NCBI GenBank assembly: GCA_051362555.1
Contig: CM120645.1
Coordinates: 9,052,001 to 9,116,000 of the forward strand
Direction of reading: 5' to 3'
Source: Lingula anatina
Lineage: Eukaryota > Animalia > Brachiopoda
Length of the DNA: 64,000 bases
A model generated the notes under the pieces. It did not search any database. It worked only from the letters and a program-made list of their open reading frames with translations, and had not been told where the DNA came from. Position numbers and translations under genes: made by a program. Shown in pieces: positions 37,794-50,349 of this stretch. The stretch's first letter is position 1. The number at the start of each line of letters is the position of its first letter.

Positions 37794-37826
<33 letters not shown>

Positions 37827-39114
37827 TTGCATTTTTAAGTCCAATATCCTGCAAACTACTTTTTTTCTATTTCAGATATTTAAAATGATAAAACATCTCA
37901 AATTAAGGCACCTGGTGTTGATATTTCCTTTTTAAATGTCAGAAAAACATGATCGTCTTAATAACTTGGAAGTCATTCAGAGGGAAATAATTTACTTAAT
38001 ATGGTATAAAAATCCACTTCAAGTACAGGGTTGGATTGAGCAATGACTCATAAGTAAGAAAAAAATCACCTTTTCTTGAAAAAAAAAATACTCTTCTCGG
38101 ATGTCCTGGATATGATGCCTTTAAATTTAATGGTGGATAAAACAGCATTGACTGCGGTATGCCACCTACCAATTCTGATGCTAAATGTAACGGAGAGTTA
38201 CAATAAATGCCTTGTTCTTCAGCTTTGTTTACATCCCCTCCAGCCAGAACAAGTCGAAGCAGCCCCTGCAGATCACCTGAAAACACAGGCAGAGCAAAGT
38301 GGAAGTAACATTTCAACTATACATATATTAAACATGAAAAATGCGTAGAATTAACCGTGTCACATATGAATTTATTTACTAAATATGAATTTATTTGTCA
38401 ACTTTTTCTACTTTCAGGTGAAAATAAACAAAACCTTTTTGAAATATAAGTCACCTGCGTCTTTCAAAGTCTCAAGGTCTTCACAAACCTTTTAATCAAG
38501 TCACAACAGCCACTGATTTCACTATGTTCAACTGTTTGGTACATACATGTAAATGATATAATCCATGCAGGTAAAACTGATGCTGTACTAGTTTTATAAA
38601 CATCTTAGGGACGATTCCCACAGATATTTGGATCGATCTGTCTCCCTGGGGAGTCTCACTAAATTGCTATCAAGTTAACTGCCTTAAAATTCTGTCAGGC
38701 CTAGTAAAGCTGTTAGGGGGTAACTATCTTTACCCTAGCTGATTTAATTGGTAGGTGTGACAGACATTTAAGCCAGTTTAGTTGATGGAGATTTAGTGAG
38801 ACTCCCCGGGGAGTTAGACCAATCCGGATGGATTGATCTAGGCATGGGAACCCAGTCTTACAAATGTGTTCCTGCATTCCCTTATTGGTGTGCAACATTA
38901 ATCCCCATCAGTCTAAGCTTGATGTTCCATGTGAGTGTAATGTTTGCTAATTAGTAATTAAATACCAAATGTGCACGTACACTGTTTACAGCCCCAGTAA
39001 CTGAATTAGTTACTAGTACTTTACCTGTTTTGAAAATACAGCAAAACAAATAAATAAATAAATAAATAACCCTGAAATAACACATAAGGATTAAAGACCC
39101 CCCCCCCCCCCCCC

Positions 39115-39147
<33 letters not shown>

Positions 39148-39835
39148 ACCTGTGCAATATAATATGCCCGGGAAAAAACTCTATCTTCTGGAGAGACCCC
39201 CACCGAGCGCATCAGTTCTCAGCCTTTTAATACTGGTACTAGTACATACATGTATGTTCCTGCGTTAAGAATCTTTTGGATGGAATCTTTTGTAGCATGT
39301 ATTATAAGGCAACCCCCCCCCCCTTTCCCTTTAACCCCTCTCCATAACCAATACCATAATGATTCCACTTTTTGTTCAGTGTTGTTGTATAGTCGCTTCG
39401 AAAAACAATTTTCACTTTCTAAAATATCACTTATGACTGGGCAATTCTGAAAAGATATAAACTGAGAAACAACAATAAACTACATTGTCTACAGTGTACA
39501 TATACTGGTATTAACAAATACATACCGGTACATATATACTACTAGTGCATGTACAGTACAGCAAGGTACATGTACAGGGTATAATATTAATTCCTTCAAT
39601 ATGCCAGTAAAGAGTCATGTGTATGTTACGTGTACACCTGTATGTCTACTATACCTGTACCTGTCTGCATGTACACGGCATTAACGTCGACCGCACTCTT
39701 AATTGGCTTAGGCTGGTTTACAGCTGGTTGTAATGAAGTGCACAGCGTCAGCGTAAAATGTACATATATCCAAAACTGTAAACACCTTCACGTACCTTTG
39801 GAGACAGCCTCACAGATATCTGCTGGCGTAGACAT
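35480..39835 (-). CDS. Ankyrin repeat and SOCS box protein (ASB-like), 311 aa
   Basis: Exons 39835-39796, 38276-38170, 37140-37017, 36365-36222, 36000-35480 join in frame (936 nt). Ankyrin motifs SPLHLA, TPLHLAC, TPLMHA, SALDMA; SOCS box PRTLKNACRRVLR...LSLPRSLTSYL. Confidence 0.9.
37202..37438. mobile_element. Palindromic Harbinger-like MITE in ASB intron 2
   Basis: About 100-bp imperfect arms AGGCTTCGTTCACATGGAAAGTC...GACTTTCTATGTGAACGGAGTCT. Confidence 0.82.
38608..38857. mobile_element. Diverged MITE family A relative in ASB intron 1
   Basis: TTA flanks; shares GATCGATC, GGGGAGTCTCACTA and TAGTGAGACTCCCC blocks with family A. Confidence 0.7.
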
Positions 39836-40244
39836 TTTGGATTTCAACCATCTACACGTTCGTCAATGCAGCAACCGAAAATCTTTACGTAATTACACAG
39901 TAACATTTGCATCAGTGTTATGTACCGAACCGCGAACTCTGACCTCGAGTTGACCTACATTATATCAAGACAAGCTTATGCCATTTTATGTTTATGTCGC
40001 CGTATCTCTTTTCCTTATAACCCATAAAACCTTTTGACGATCAAAACTGTTACTTAAACAAAAACTTTTCAGTATTTTCAATTCTTTATTGGATATATTT
40101 ACACATGTAAAAAATTACCATCGGTATCATCTTGGATAAAAAAAATATACGATGACGTCAACGGGGAAATCCAATGGCGGAGTTTGATTTCCTCTCAAAA
40201 ATATCTTCGTTTCTGTCAACATTTACGTAAAGGTAGCCTCACAG
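39836..40244. promoter_or_regulatory. Putative bidirectional promoter for ASB-like and OPTN/NEMO-like genes, with a putative OPTN 5'-UTR exon donor at 40244
   Basis: CRE TGACGTCA 40153-40160, kB-like GGGGAAATCC 40163-40172, overlapping CCAAT/ATGGCGG, strong donor CAG|GTAAGA after 40244; acceptor TTTCAG 2 nt before the OPTN ATG. Confidence 0.6.
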
Positions 40245-41399
40245 GTAAGAACAAACATTGTATTACCGGTGGGTGAGAAACTTTCTAAGATGTCTACTTT
40301 TAATCAGACATATATAATTACAGAAGTAAGAGCAAGATTAGTCAAACAATTTAGTTTCAATTTCAGTGTATTGGGCAGCACCCTCAACTTGGCGTTGAAA
40401 TAGAAATAGAAAAAAACAGCCTCGGGTTATTTCTCTTACTTTGCTTAGACTTTTGGAGAATAAAACTTGAAGAAAAGATTCAATTTCAACTTTCGACACC
40501 CAAAATTATTCGATTGGTCATAAAACCCTTGATGAAATAGAGAAATTAGGTTGTGTAAAGCACCAGTACATTTAGATCGACAATATCGCAGGACACGATA
40601 GTGTTTAAGTTACTTGCTAATTGTGCAGAAACTTGTATATAACTTTTACTAAATTATAGAGAAATCTCTGCTAGCATTTTAATATCATGGGTAGGTTTTA
40701 AATCTAATTTGTGATTCGAGCTGTTTTATCACTTCAGTACAGTGCCAGGTATTTAACTTCCACTAAATTATTGATAAATCTCTACTTAAATTTTACATAT
40801 CAATGATATCATGGATAAATTGTAAATCTGGTTTGTGGTTCAAGCTGTTTTAACACTTCAGACTTAATTAATTTCAATTTGGTTGAGTTTATAAATATCT
40901 TGCATGCAAGTTATGAACATGGGAGTTTATATTTTAAAAGGAGTAAGTAACAAGTTGAAAGGACACGCTTGACCAAATTTATGGGAAGAGAATATATGTA
41001 CAGATAGGTCTGACGAAGTTAACAAGAACAGAGTAGGGTTTGGAAATTGGTCTGACCAAGTTCATGAAAGTGTAACTTAGCAGAAAAACTAAAGTTAACA
41101 TTTAGTTTAATTGTGTTTTGAACAACAGACAAAAAAAATTTAAAAAAAAACTTATTTTAATAAAACATAAGAATAAGGCTGCACATGTATTGTGTACAAT
41201 CAGGGATTTTCCCAGGAATGGTAGTCCAAAATTATCGCCCGTAACTTCCTACAAAATTTCAGAAAGTCTAATTGAGCCATCATGGGAAGGTTCGCTGGAA
41301 AAAGCCTTGCATTCGATATATGTTACTGTATATTAGTATTAACTTAAATTTATATAACTTAAAAATGAATATAAACAGTTTCATCCACTTATTTCAGAA

Positions 41400-42999
41400 A
41401 TGGAGGTCAATGGTAATAATGGACCTCCGTCAGGTAGCAGTGCTGGGTCAGACTTTGTCATCCTGTCCAGAGTGACCAGCCCATCCAACCGCGGGGACAG
41501 TCCAGTTAATTTAGAGCACTTGACATTCTCTCTCCAATCTCTGGCCAGTGAATTGACCCAAGAGGAGACCTTGGCAAGAATGAAAGACTTGATGCAGGAG
41601 AATCAGGAATTGAAAAGTAAGGAAATTACCATTATCTGTTAGAATTGTATTGTGCTTTAGAAAAAAAATGTCTTGTTGACTGAACAAAAAAAGTATTCAT
41701 CTATTTGAACAGTATTCTGTGTTTGGTAAAGTGTTGAAGTTGAGGCAGACCCTTTCTTAGTTCAATAAATTCTAGTAAGGAAGGCATAAACATGGTTCAT
41801 ATTTGAATGTCAACATATAGTTATAATCCGCAATAGTTGCTCTTAAAATCTTTTATTCTAAGGCCGCATTCAGAACAGTGGGCTGAAGGTCAAATATGGC
41901 CAATGTACTTGAATACTTCCCCATGGGGAATCTATTCTGTGTCTATTAGTGGATTAGACAGCAAGCTTTTTAATGGGTCGCCATATTTGACTTGCAGACT
42001 AGATAGTCCACTGTTCTGAATGCGGTCCTAGATTATAACACAGTAATATTTGGTATAATTAATTTTAGGCACTGTGATGCAAAATACTGAGGCTATGAGA
42101 AGCCAGCGTTCTATTATAGAGGAGTGGAAGAAAAAGATTGAAGCTTCTCAACAAGAAACTAGAAACAGGTATAATTTATAGCATGCATTCTTAAATGTAT
42201 AAGTCAAGAACCCAAATCAACAGTAACCACAACAAGTACATTTACTGCCAGACAAGTTAAAGAACTGCCTACAAGATCCCTGTCACAGTAATAATCACCC
42301 ATGTTTCAGGTATAATGATGCTAGGAGGGTGGTGACAAATTTACGACAACAGAGAGATGAGGCACAGAAGAAAATACTTGCACTGGAGGCTCAGATACGA
42401 GAAGGAGTCGCAGGGACAACAGGGACAGACATGTTACAAGTAGGTTGTTATGTCCAATTTGGGGATTTTTTTCTTTTTGAAGAAAATTGAACCAAAAGAT
42501 GGTGAAAGAGCTTAAAAGTTACAGATTTTAATAAAACCATTTTCAGACTTTGGTGATAAAGGGGAAATTGTTGACATTTCGAGGAATTTTTTTAGCTACA
42601 TCTATATATATAGAGAGAGGCCTTGTGTGCATTGTATGCCTTAAGCAAATTCCTGTAGTAGTTTTACATAAATGTCATCCTAAAAGTGGAGACAAGAACT
42701 GACTGTCTAGTCACTGTAAGTAAAGAATCCCTTTCAATTCAGCTTCAGCATAAGATTGAGGAGCTGGAGCAGACCAACCAGAAGCTGATAAAGAATGCTG
42801 ATGACTCCAATAACCTGATTGAAGCCTTAAATGCAGAGATACAGAATTTGAAGAAAACACATCCCAGTCCTGCCGGAGGAGAGGTATAGTTAGCTTTGTG
42901 CTCTACTCAGAATTGTGTAGGTCTTTTAGGGTGACACCATTTCATGACTTTATAACACCAGCCTATTCCAGGTGCATGTTCAGTTTTTTTAATCCATAT

Positions 43000-43050
<51 letters not shown>

Positions 43051-46000
43051 TAACATTGCTTTGGTATGTAGATGATCTGAAAGGACCAAAAAACTTTGGT
43101 ATTACTTTGCATGTAGTAAAGTTTATATATAGAAACACAGTCTATGGATCTTAAACAGAATTGTTAATCGTACTTAGTGTGACACATTTGTAGTCTTTGT
43201 TGATCTTGCTGCTTCAGTCGTACCCAAGTGATGGCAGCCCCTCACAGAGAGCGGAACTCCATGTGATCAAAGTGAAGCAGGAGGCAGCAGAGACCCAAGC
43301 CAAGGAATATCAGAGCCAGGTTCAGCAACTACAGGAGCAACTCCAAACTTTCAAACAAGAAATAGAAGACCTCACTGAAGAAAAGCAGAGAATGGCTCAG
43401 AAGAGGGCAGAGATAGGGGAAGCCATGACCAAAATGGAGACGCAGAACAAGGACTTGAAAGCAAAATTGGATGAGTCATCCACAGAGCTGTCAAAGATAA
43501 GGGAAATGCAGCAGAGGCTTTTGCTGGAGAAGAAGGACCTGCTTACTATGAACACCCAGCTGCAGGCGGAGTTATCAGAACTTAAACAGAACATCATGGC
43601 CCAAAGCACAGGCACTGACGATTTTGCAATCGTGGATAAGAAGGAATGCCACCTAGATCAAAACATGGCAGCCAGTGACAGAGAAGCTGTGGAGGTGGAG
43701 AGCACACAGCAGCAAGGTCAAGGTCATGCACAGGTCGTGTCAAGGCCAGGTCAAGGTCAGGCTGAAGAAGGGTCAAGGCTCTTGTCAGGTGACAGTGCAG
43801 TTGAGTCTGGTGAAATGAACAAGCTGCTGGAAGAATTAGAGGAGGAGAGGCAGAAAGTGACAAGTTTGTCTGCACAGTTACAGGAGACACAGGCTAAGGT
43901 AGGTTGGTCTAAGGCCCCTTTTCATAATGAGCAGTATAGTTTCTTAGGTCCTTTTTACACCAAGCCATATAGTTTTCTTTATAGTACCAGTCTGGGGGAT
44001 CTACAGCTTACTAGTACTGTTCAGTGGGAAAAGGACCATTGATAAATGTTTTGGTAGCATTTTACTAATAACAATGACATGATTTATGCCTTACACAGGA
44101 AAGCTTCAGTATTTACAAATTCTAAATGGAAATGGTATTTATGAACTGTGTCTTTTATAGAAGTAAAAGATTATCAAATAATGCTTTTAAAATAAAGGAG
44201 GTTGTATACCATACGAATGGTATGAATATGCTGTAAACCAAAGCACTGTTCTCCTTTAGATTGAAAGCTTAAGTCAAGATTTACAAGACAAGGAAAAAGA
44301 ATTGTCCGATAGTGCAACAAACACAGACCGTAGAGTGAGGCAGCTTACAGAAGAACACAACAAGCAAGTCAAGGAACTGATGACTAGGATTGAGAGTATG
44401 AGTATGGAGCTTCAGCAGCGCAAGGACCGGGTAAGGAATGCTTAGTCTGTGGGCCCATTCAGAACAGACGATCCTTGGATATACTGATCTGCAGATCAAA
44501 TATGGCAGACCCTACATGAAAGGAAGGCCACTTAATACCGTAATGGTCTCCCCGCCTCCACACCTGATGTCCTTGCAGGGGCTGAGCAGTTAAGCCTCAG
44601 AGCCGAGATTTGATCTGTTTAATGGCACGTTTAATCCGCAGATCAGTACATCGTAGGATTATCTGTTCTAAATGGGCTTTATAATTAAGAATAGGTTAAT
44701 ATGTTTCACCTCCATCTGTCTGTGTGTTTATCCCCAGCCTAACTCAAAATGTTATGGATGGATTTTGAAGACATTTAGGATAGGTCACAAATGGTTAAAC
44801 TTAAAAGTGATTAGATTTTGGTGGTAATTCATTTATTCATTTAGTTTTGGTTAGTATAAATTATAATGTGGTAGTAGAAGTCTGCATTCTCTGAGTACTA
44901 TTCTAGAATTATATGGTTATGAAAGTCCAACTGAGTACTCCAGTTTTTTAGAATACTAAAAACTCACTTGCATCATGCTTGTAATGTAGGGGTGTCTTCA
45001 CAGTGAACATATTGTTCTTGGTAGTTTGAACCAACTCCGTGGGGACTCTCACTGAATACAGTCAGGTTAACATGCCTCCTTTTGTTTTCAATGATCTCAT
45101 GTAATCACCAGCTCTTATGCTTTTCTGTTCAACAGGATTAGCTAGGAGGGGTTTTTATCTGATTGCTTTCAGGCAGAGTCCCCATGGAATAAGTTCAAAC
45201 TACCTAGAAGGATAGTTTCATTGTGAACTCACACTAGGAAAGTTTCCAATAAACTTGAGGCTAGAAGTGTCTTTAAAAGATTTCAGTATGTGATATACAT
45301 GTCATGTGTCTATTTTGTCCTAATTTCTTTTTTTTTATGCAAATTTTTTCCCAGAATCCTGAGGAAGGGATCCAGCCGTTAAGAGCCCAGCTGATGTCGG
45401 TGCTTAATGAGCTCCAGGAGACGCAGCAGCGATGCAATAGTTTTGAACAACGGTTTTTAACCACAAATGAGAAATTGGAGGCAGCGATGACGAATTTGGA
45501 AAAAGAGAGGGGCAGGTACTAGAAAAAGAATGCAGGGATTGGCTACCATGTCTTGGCTGTTGGCTAGTTCTCTCTAAGTTTGGCTTGTGTAATCTGTATA
45601 TTATTTGCCGTTTCTTTTTGAATTACTGAATATATTGATGATCATGACATGTCAATTATTTTGAGATAGCAGTGAAATTTACTTTGTTACCTAAATATGT
45701 TTTCAACCACATTATTATTTAACTGCACTTTATGTTGTGTGAAAAAATGGGAAAGGGATTGAAATGTTTTTATTTTCATGATGAAGTATATATAGATATA
45801 CAACAGATAATTTTCAAACATCTTGTAAAATGACAAACGGTACAGGTTGATAATAAAAGCATCATGTAGACATTTTATTCTCAATTTCCTGGACTCTAAT
45901 TCATTCTTTGAATTTTAACTCAGATACAGAGAGGCCGATATAAAACTGAAGAAGCTGCGTGCAGATGTGGATGATCAGCGGACCAAGGACGACACAGTGA

Positions 46001-49000
46001 TTGACCAGATGCGAATCACTATCACAAACCTTGAACTTGCACTTAATATGGAGAGACAGGAGGGACATACAGCCAAGTGAGTAACAGGCCTTATAAATGG
46101 TTTAGGCATTGACTAGCACTGCCTGCAGATCTTTTAGCACCAACGCCCATATTTACCACAAAACCCACAAATTAACCAGCACTACCAGAGGAGATTAATG
46201 TTAGTGCTAGGTATTGTTTTGTTGGTGCTAAATAATTGTATGGTGTGTTGGTTAATTTTTGGGTTTCGTGGTTAATATGGGCGTTAGTGCTAAAAGATCT
46301 GCAGGTAGTGTTAGTAAATGCCAAATCCATTTATAAGGCCTGAGTCATACCTGGTTACATCCCTTAATATTGTGCACAAAATTAATTTTATTTACACCTG
46401 TTCCTAGAGAATATTTGTTCCCCAGATTTCAATGAAATTCTGATTATGTCCTTTTTGGCATTGGTTCAATTTACAGGCTATAACTGTATTCTGGCTATAA
46501 CACAATGTAAGAGATTGGAGTCATCTAAACTGAACACTCTGCTCTTCGCATGGAAAATTATTTGACTAAATAGCACAAAAGAAACTTGTGCAGGGGAGCA
46601 AAATGCAGAAACCTGAAGTGTAATTACACGTTTTAGCCTGTCCAAATGAACTGGTCCAGTTAAGCCCTAACAGAAATTTCCTATAGTGTCCAATAAAATA
46701 TCATACTTGGAATTGGCCCAAAATCCTATATAAAGGGACCTATAGGATGAATGTCCTTGATAGGAATCCTACAGAGTCCTGTATTATTTGTGTTTTTATA
46801 GGGTCCCAAAGTGTCCCATAGCAAGAGCTAAAGGATATATTTGTAATGGAGAGTACTGCAAGGTGTGAAAAGTTTCTCACAAAAGCTGTGTTTACTTTTC
46901 CAGGCAGCAGCTGGCCGAGATGAGACATAACTTTGACCAGCTCTGCAAGGATTACCATGACTTGCTGGGGACATTTGATGATTATAAAGCTGGGCAGGTA
47001 AGTAACAGGCTACTCTGTGTGCGTGCGTGCGCGTGCAAGAGAGAGAGAGAGAGAGAAAGAGAGTAATTACCAACACAAAAATATTAATGCCCATAAGCAA
47101 AACAAATGACATACCAAAATTCACGACTGGCACTCAATATTATATACATTCCAAACTTCTTTTTACAAAAGAGCAGCCAAGATTAACTTCTTTACTAGTG
47201 TGGCTTGTCATAAGATGATCCGGTCAGTTGGTTTCAAATGGAGTATGAATCAACGAGAAATGCTCCATTTATATTTTATTTTGAAAAGTGCCTGATGTAG
47301 GCCTGACTATTAACAGAAATAGGCATTTTGCACTTACACAATACGTACCAAACCATCCACTCCAGGAAGCCAAAAATAGCGCCCTGTCCCCAGAGATGCA
47401 GAAAGAAAACATGAGCTTGAAAATCGACGTGGACAACCTAACAGCTCAATTGATAGCAGCAGAGGAGTCCTTGGACAACAAGAGAAATGAGATAGATGGT
47501 CTCAGACAGCAGATTGGTCAGTTGCAGACAGCGGTAGAGGCGATTCCAGTTTGGAAAGCTCAGGTAAATATTACAGTAATGGCTTGATCTTTTCAATTGG
47601 GAGAACTGTGAAATTTACAGGTGCTGTATTTTTTTTTTCAAAGTTAAAAAAATTAGAACTAAAAATTTCTAAATTTTCTTAAAATTAGAACTTCCCTATT
47701 TAGTGGTAGCAACAAAATTGAAAAAGAGGGTACCCTTAAGTCTACTATGCAGGAAAAGCACCACAAATGCTATATAAGAATATAACCTTAAATCATTTCA
47801 AAATTATTAATCACGAATCTGACTGTAAGTATATGTTCTTTAAGGTCTACAAGCTCACACAGGTGATGTAAGATATATATCATCATTATTAATTTAAAAG
47901 TATTTTTTATTGAACAAAAACCAAATGGGCTTCAAGTGGATCTGAACCAAACTACCCATTTGTTCAAGAATGACTTGGGGAGGAGAGAGGATGGAACTTT
48001 ATTAGAGTACAGTCATTTTCAAACACTTTCTGATATCAGGCCTGTAGACTCCAATTTCAAAGAGGGGTTCTTTTAAGTATACCTTTTGACCATAGTGGTA
48101 ATGGCATAGACCAAATTTAAAAATAAACCTTTTCCCAGCCACCCCCTCTCCTCCACCATGCCTTATGGCCTGATTACATGGAGTTGGTGCAAATATATGC
48201 AACTACTCTGTCAGTTGTTATCTTGTCATACTTGCATGTCTAAGGCCCCATTCAGAATAGGGGACTAACTAGTCCTAGGGTCAAATATGGCACTAAGAAG
48301 CTTGCTGTCTAATCTGCTAATAGACACTGAATAGATATCCTGTGGGGGAAGTATTTAAGTGGGTTGACCGTATTTGACCCTCGGACTAGTAAGTCCCTTA
48401 TTCTGAATGGGGCCTAAGATAGAGATGGCTCTGAAGTTGAATTCAGATCCACATTTACATTTTCTCAGGTTATGTTTGGTTGAAAGACCAATGTGTGAAT
48501 CACATTTTGTTTTTTCACGTTGTAGGCAGAAGTTTATAAAAAGGACTTTGAGGCTGAAAGGGCGTCCAGGGAACAGCAAAACGAGGAGAAAGAGAAGCTG
48601 AGGGAGGAGTTAAACCAGCAACAAATCCAGAACCAGCAGCTTTTAGATGAACTGGAAACCTTCAACAGAAGACAACTGGAAAGTTTTTCAGAGAGATACA
48701 GACACCAGCCATACATTCCAGGTATTAGGTAGTTTAATATTATACAATAAGCATTTATCAGGATAAAAATGGTAACAGTTTTATATGACAGCATGAGAGA
48801 ACTCTTCTACAAACCCGCTGTAATAGTTACTGCACGTGGCAATTTCTCATGGTATTTCAGGAGTAAACAGACCGCCTTCAAACTACACCCCACCGCAGCT
48901 CCCACCCAATCAGTATCCAGGGCAACAGTATCCAAGGCAACAGTATCCAGGGCAACAGTATCCAGGGCAACATGTGCAGGCGCCACCACACATGCCCTAT

Positions 49001-49564
49001 GGCTCCCCCTATTTTAGACAGAATTACCTAAACCCTGATGTTCAGGGGGAGCAAAGTGCAAACGAAGGTGGTCCACGCAGTGGAGATTCTGATCAGGTAT
49101 GGTATGGGGTTTGGGTATTAGAATTTGGTGTGAATATTTATCTGATTTAAATGTGAGCAAGCAATGAGCGATATCTCAAGTTGTGATGTAAGTTAAATAT
49201 ATAGCAGCAAGCAGGAATCTTGGGATCTGTACATTTTATTTAGAGGACATTTTTTGTTTTGATAGTTTCAACTTTTAAAAAATCCCAACTCAAAATGGTA
49301 TGGAGGGATTTTCAAGTAAATCTCTCAGGATAGGTTTGAAATGGGCTATATTATATTAGAACCAATTAGATCTTGGAATTTCTGCCTTGACGAAGGCCTG
49401 CAGTATTTCAAGTTCAATTGATGTCTTTATTTTAGTGGGCTGGAAGTGGAAGAAGAAGCACCAGCACGGAGGAACAGGAGTTTGTTTGCCCCAAGTGCCA
49501 GGACAATTTCCCTGACTTAGACAGCTTACAGATACATGTAACAGAATGCTTAGACCAAGATTAG
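41400..49564 (+). CDS. OPTN: Optineurin / NEMO (IKK-gamma) family protein, about 868 aa
   Basis: Exons 41400-41616, 42069-42168, 42310-42439, 42743-42883, 43218-43898, 44260-44430, 45355-45515, 45924-46076, 46904-46997, 47366-47563, 48526-48721, 48861-49096, 49436-49564 join in frame (2607 nt). N-terminal EETLARMKDLMQENQELK coiled coil, UBAN KAQAEVYKKDFEAERASRE, C-terminal CPKC...LQIHVTEC zinc finger. OPTN versus NEMO orthology is not resolved. Confidence 0.9.
41862..42027. mobile_element. Harbinger-like MITE family B in OPTN intron
   Basis: TIR GGCCGCATTCAGAACAGTGG / CCACTGTTCTGAATGCGG; interior is the reverse complement of 48244-48414. Confidence 0.8.
44451..44678. mobile_element. Harbinger-like MITE related to family B
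   Basis: GCCCATTCAGAACAGACGATCC...CTGATCTGC pairs with GCAGATCAG...GGATTATCTGTTCTAAATGGGC. Confidence 0.72.
44990..45236. mobile_element. Old palindromic MITE, distantly like family A
   Basis: TTCACAGTGAAC...GGTAGTTTGAAC...TGGGGACTCT pairs with AGAGTCCCCA...GTTCAAACTACC...TTCATTGTGAA. Confidence 0.6.
46086..46342. mobile_element. Near-fully palindromic MITE just after an OPTN donor site
   Basis: CAGGCCTTATAAATGG...CCATTTATAAGGCCTG with arms of about 100 bp. Confidence 0.82.
48244..48414. mobile_element. Harbinger-like MITE family B
   Basis: TAA-GGCCCCATTCAGAATA...TATTCTGAATGGGGCC-TAA. Confidence 0.88.
48911..48970 (+). repeat. Coding tandem repeat, 4 x 15 nt (QYPGQ)
   Basis: CAGTATCCA(G/A)GGCAA x4 within coding exon 12 of OPTN. 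Confidence 0.9.
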
Positions 49565-49648
49565 ACAGCTTACAGATACATGTAACAGAATGCTTAGACC
49601 AAGATTAGACAGCTTACAGATACATGTAACAGAATGCTTAGACCAGGA
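49517..49648 (+). repeat. 3 x 44-bp tandem repeat spanning the OPTN stop codon
   Basis: TTAGACAGCTTACAGATACATGTAACAGAATGCTTAGACCA(A/G)GA x3. Confidence 0.92.
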
Positions 49649-50028
49649 TAAGACCATCTTCCAGAAATTGGCTTAAGACCTTTACAGAGCATATAATTAT
49701 GAACAATTGTGCACACTTGCCCTTTGATGAATAAGAAACTGGTGATATATATAATCTTAAATTTTTCTTTGTCTTTAGCTTGGATGAATAACACAAATTT
49801 ATTTGTCCGTGTTTGACCCATAGATTAAACATCTGGTGATAAAAATGATTTTAACAATTAACTCCAGATTTACACAAACTCCACTGCAAACAGTGAATCT
49901 TGCAGTAAATGGGCTACATTTTAAATATATATAATTGAATTTATTATTATTATAATTGTTGTGTTTTTGTTGATATTGTTGACGTTGTTATTGTGTTTAA
50001 GCCGTGCTTAACCCACCCTTGCTCTTAA

Positions 50029-50349
50029 AGGGACAATAACTCTTCGTATGAGATCTATATTTCACAATAAAAACATTGTGAATTACTCAAAAAAATATAA
50101 TATATTCTGTTTTACCACAAAAACGGCAGTTATAGCTATTATTCTGATATCTGAGCTTGTCTTTAGACCACGTGACCTCCATTGATGGCTATACTCTGTT
50201 AAAATCTCATAAGACCAACCTTTTTTAGAAAAAAATCAGGGACTAACTTTGAATGTAAAAATGGATTCATTAACCATTGGTAAGTATGGGAAAATTGTTG
50301 TTTACTCCAGGAGTATTCATATTTTGGCCAAAACATAGTTATTACCCCT
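50029..50349. mobile_element. TTAA-target non-autonomous DNA transposon (Kolobok-like)
   Basis: TTAA-AGGGACAATAACT...AGTTATTACCCCT-TTAA. Confidence 0.72.

Noticed and set aside
37795-37825. Long poly-C/poly-G tracts (also about 9929, 34246, 39098, 51004, 56647) as functional G-quadruplexes
   Set aside because: Homopolymer runs are common here, often transposon-associated and error-prone; nothing indicates function.
44690-44830. Short segment resembling widespread non-autonomous repeats (ctgtctgtgtg...aactcaaaa...gattagattttgg)
   Set aside because: Single degraded copy with no termini; cannot be classified without a library search.
48769-49017. ORFs with VALDT and SRATV repeats
   Set aside because: Alternative-frame and antisense readings of the QYPGQ repeat in the OPTN exon.
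49517-49648. 44-bp repeats as a CRISPR array
   Set aside because: Repeats are contiguous with no spacers, derive from a coding exon, and the context is eukaryotic with no cas genes.
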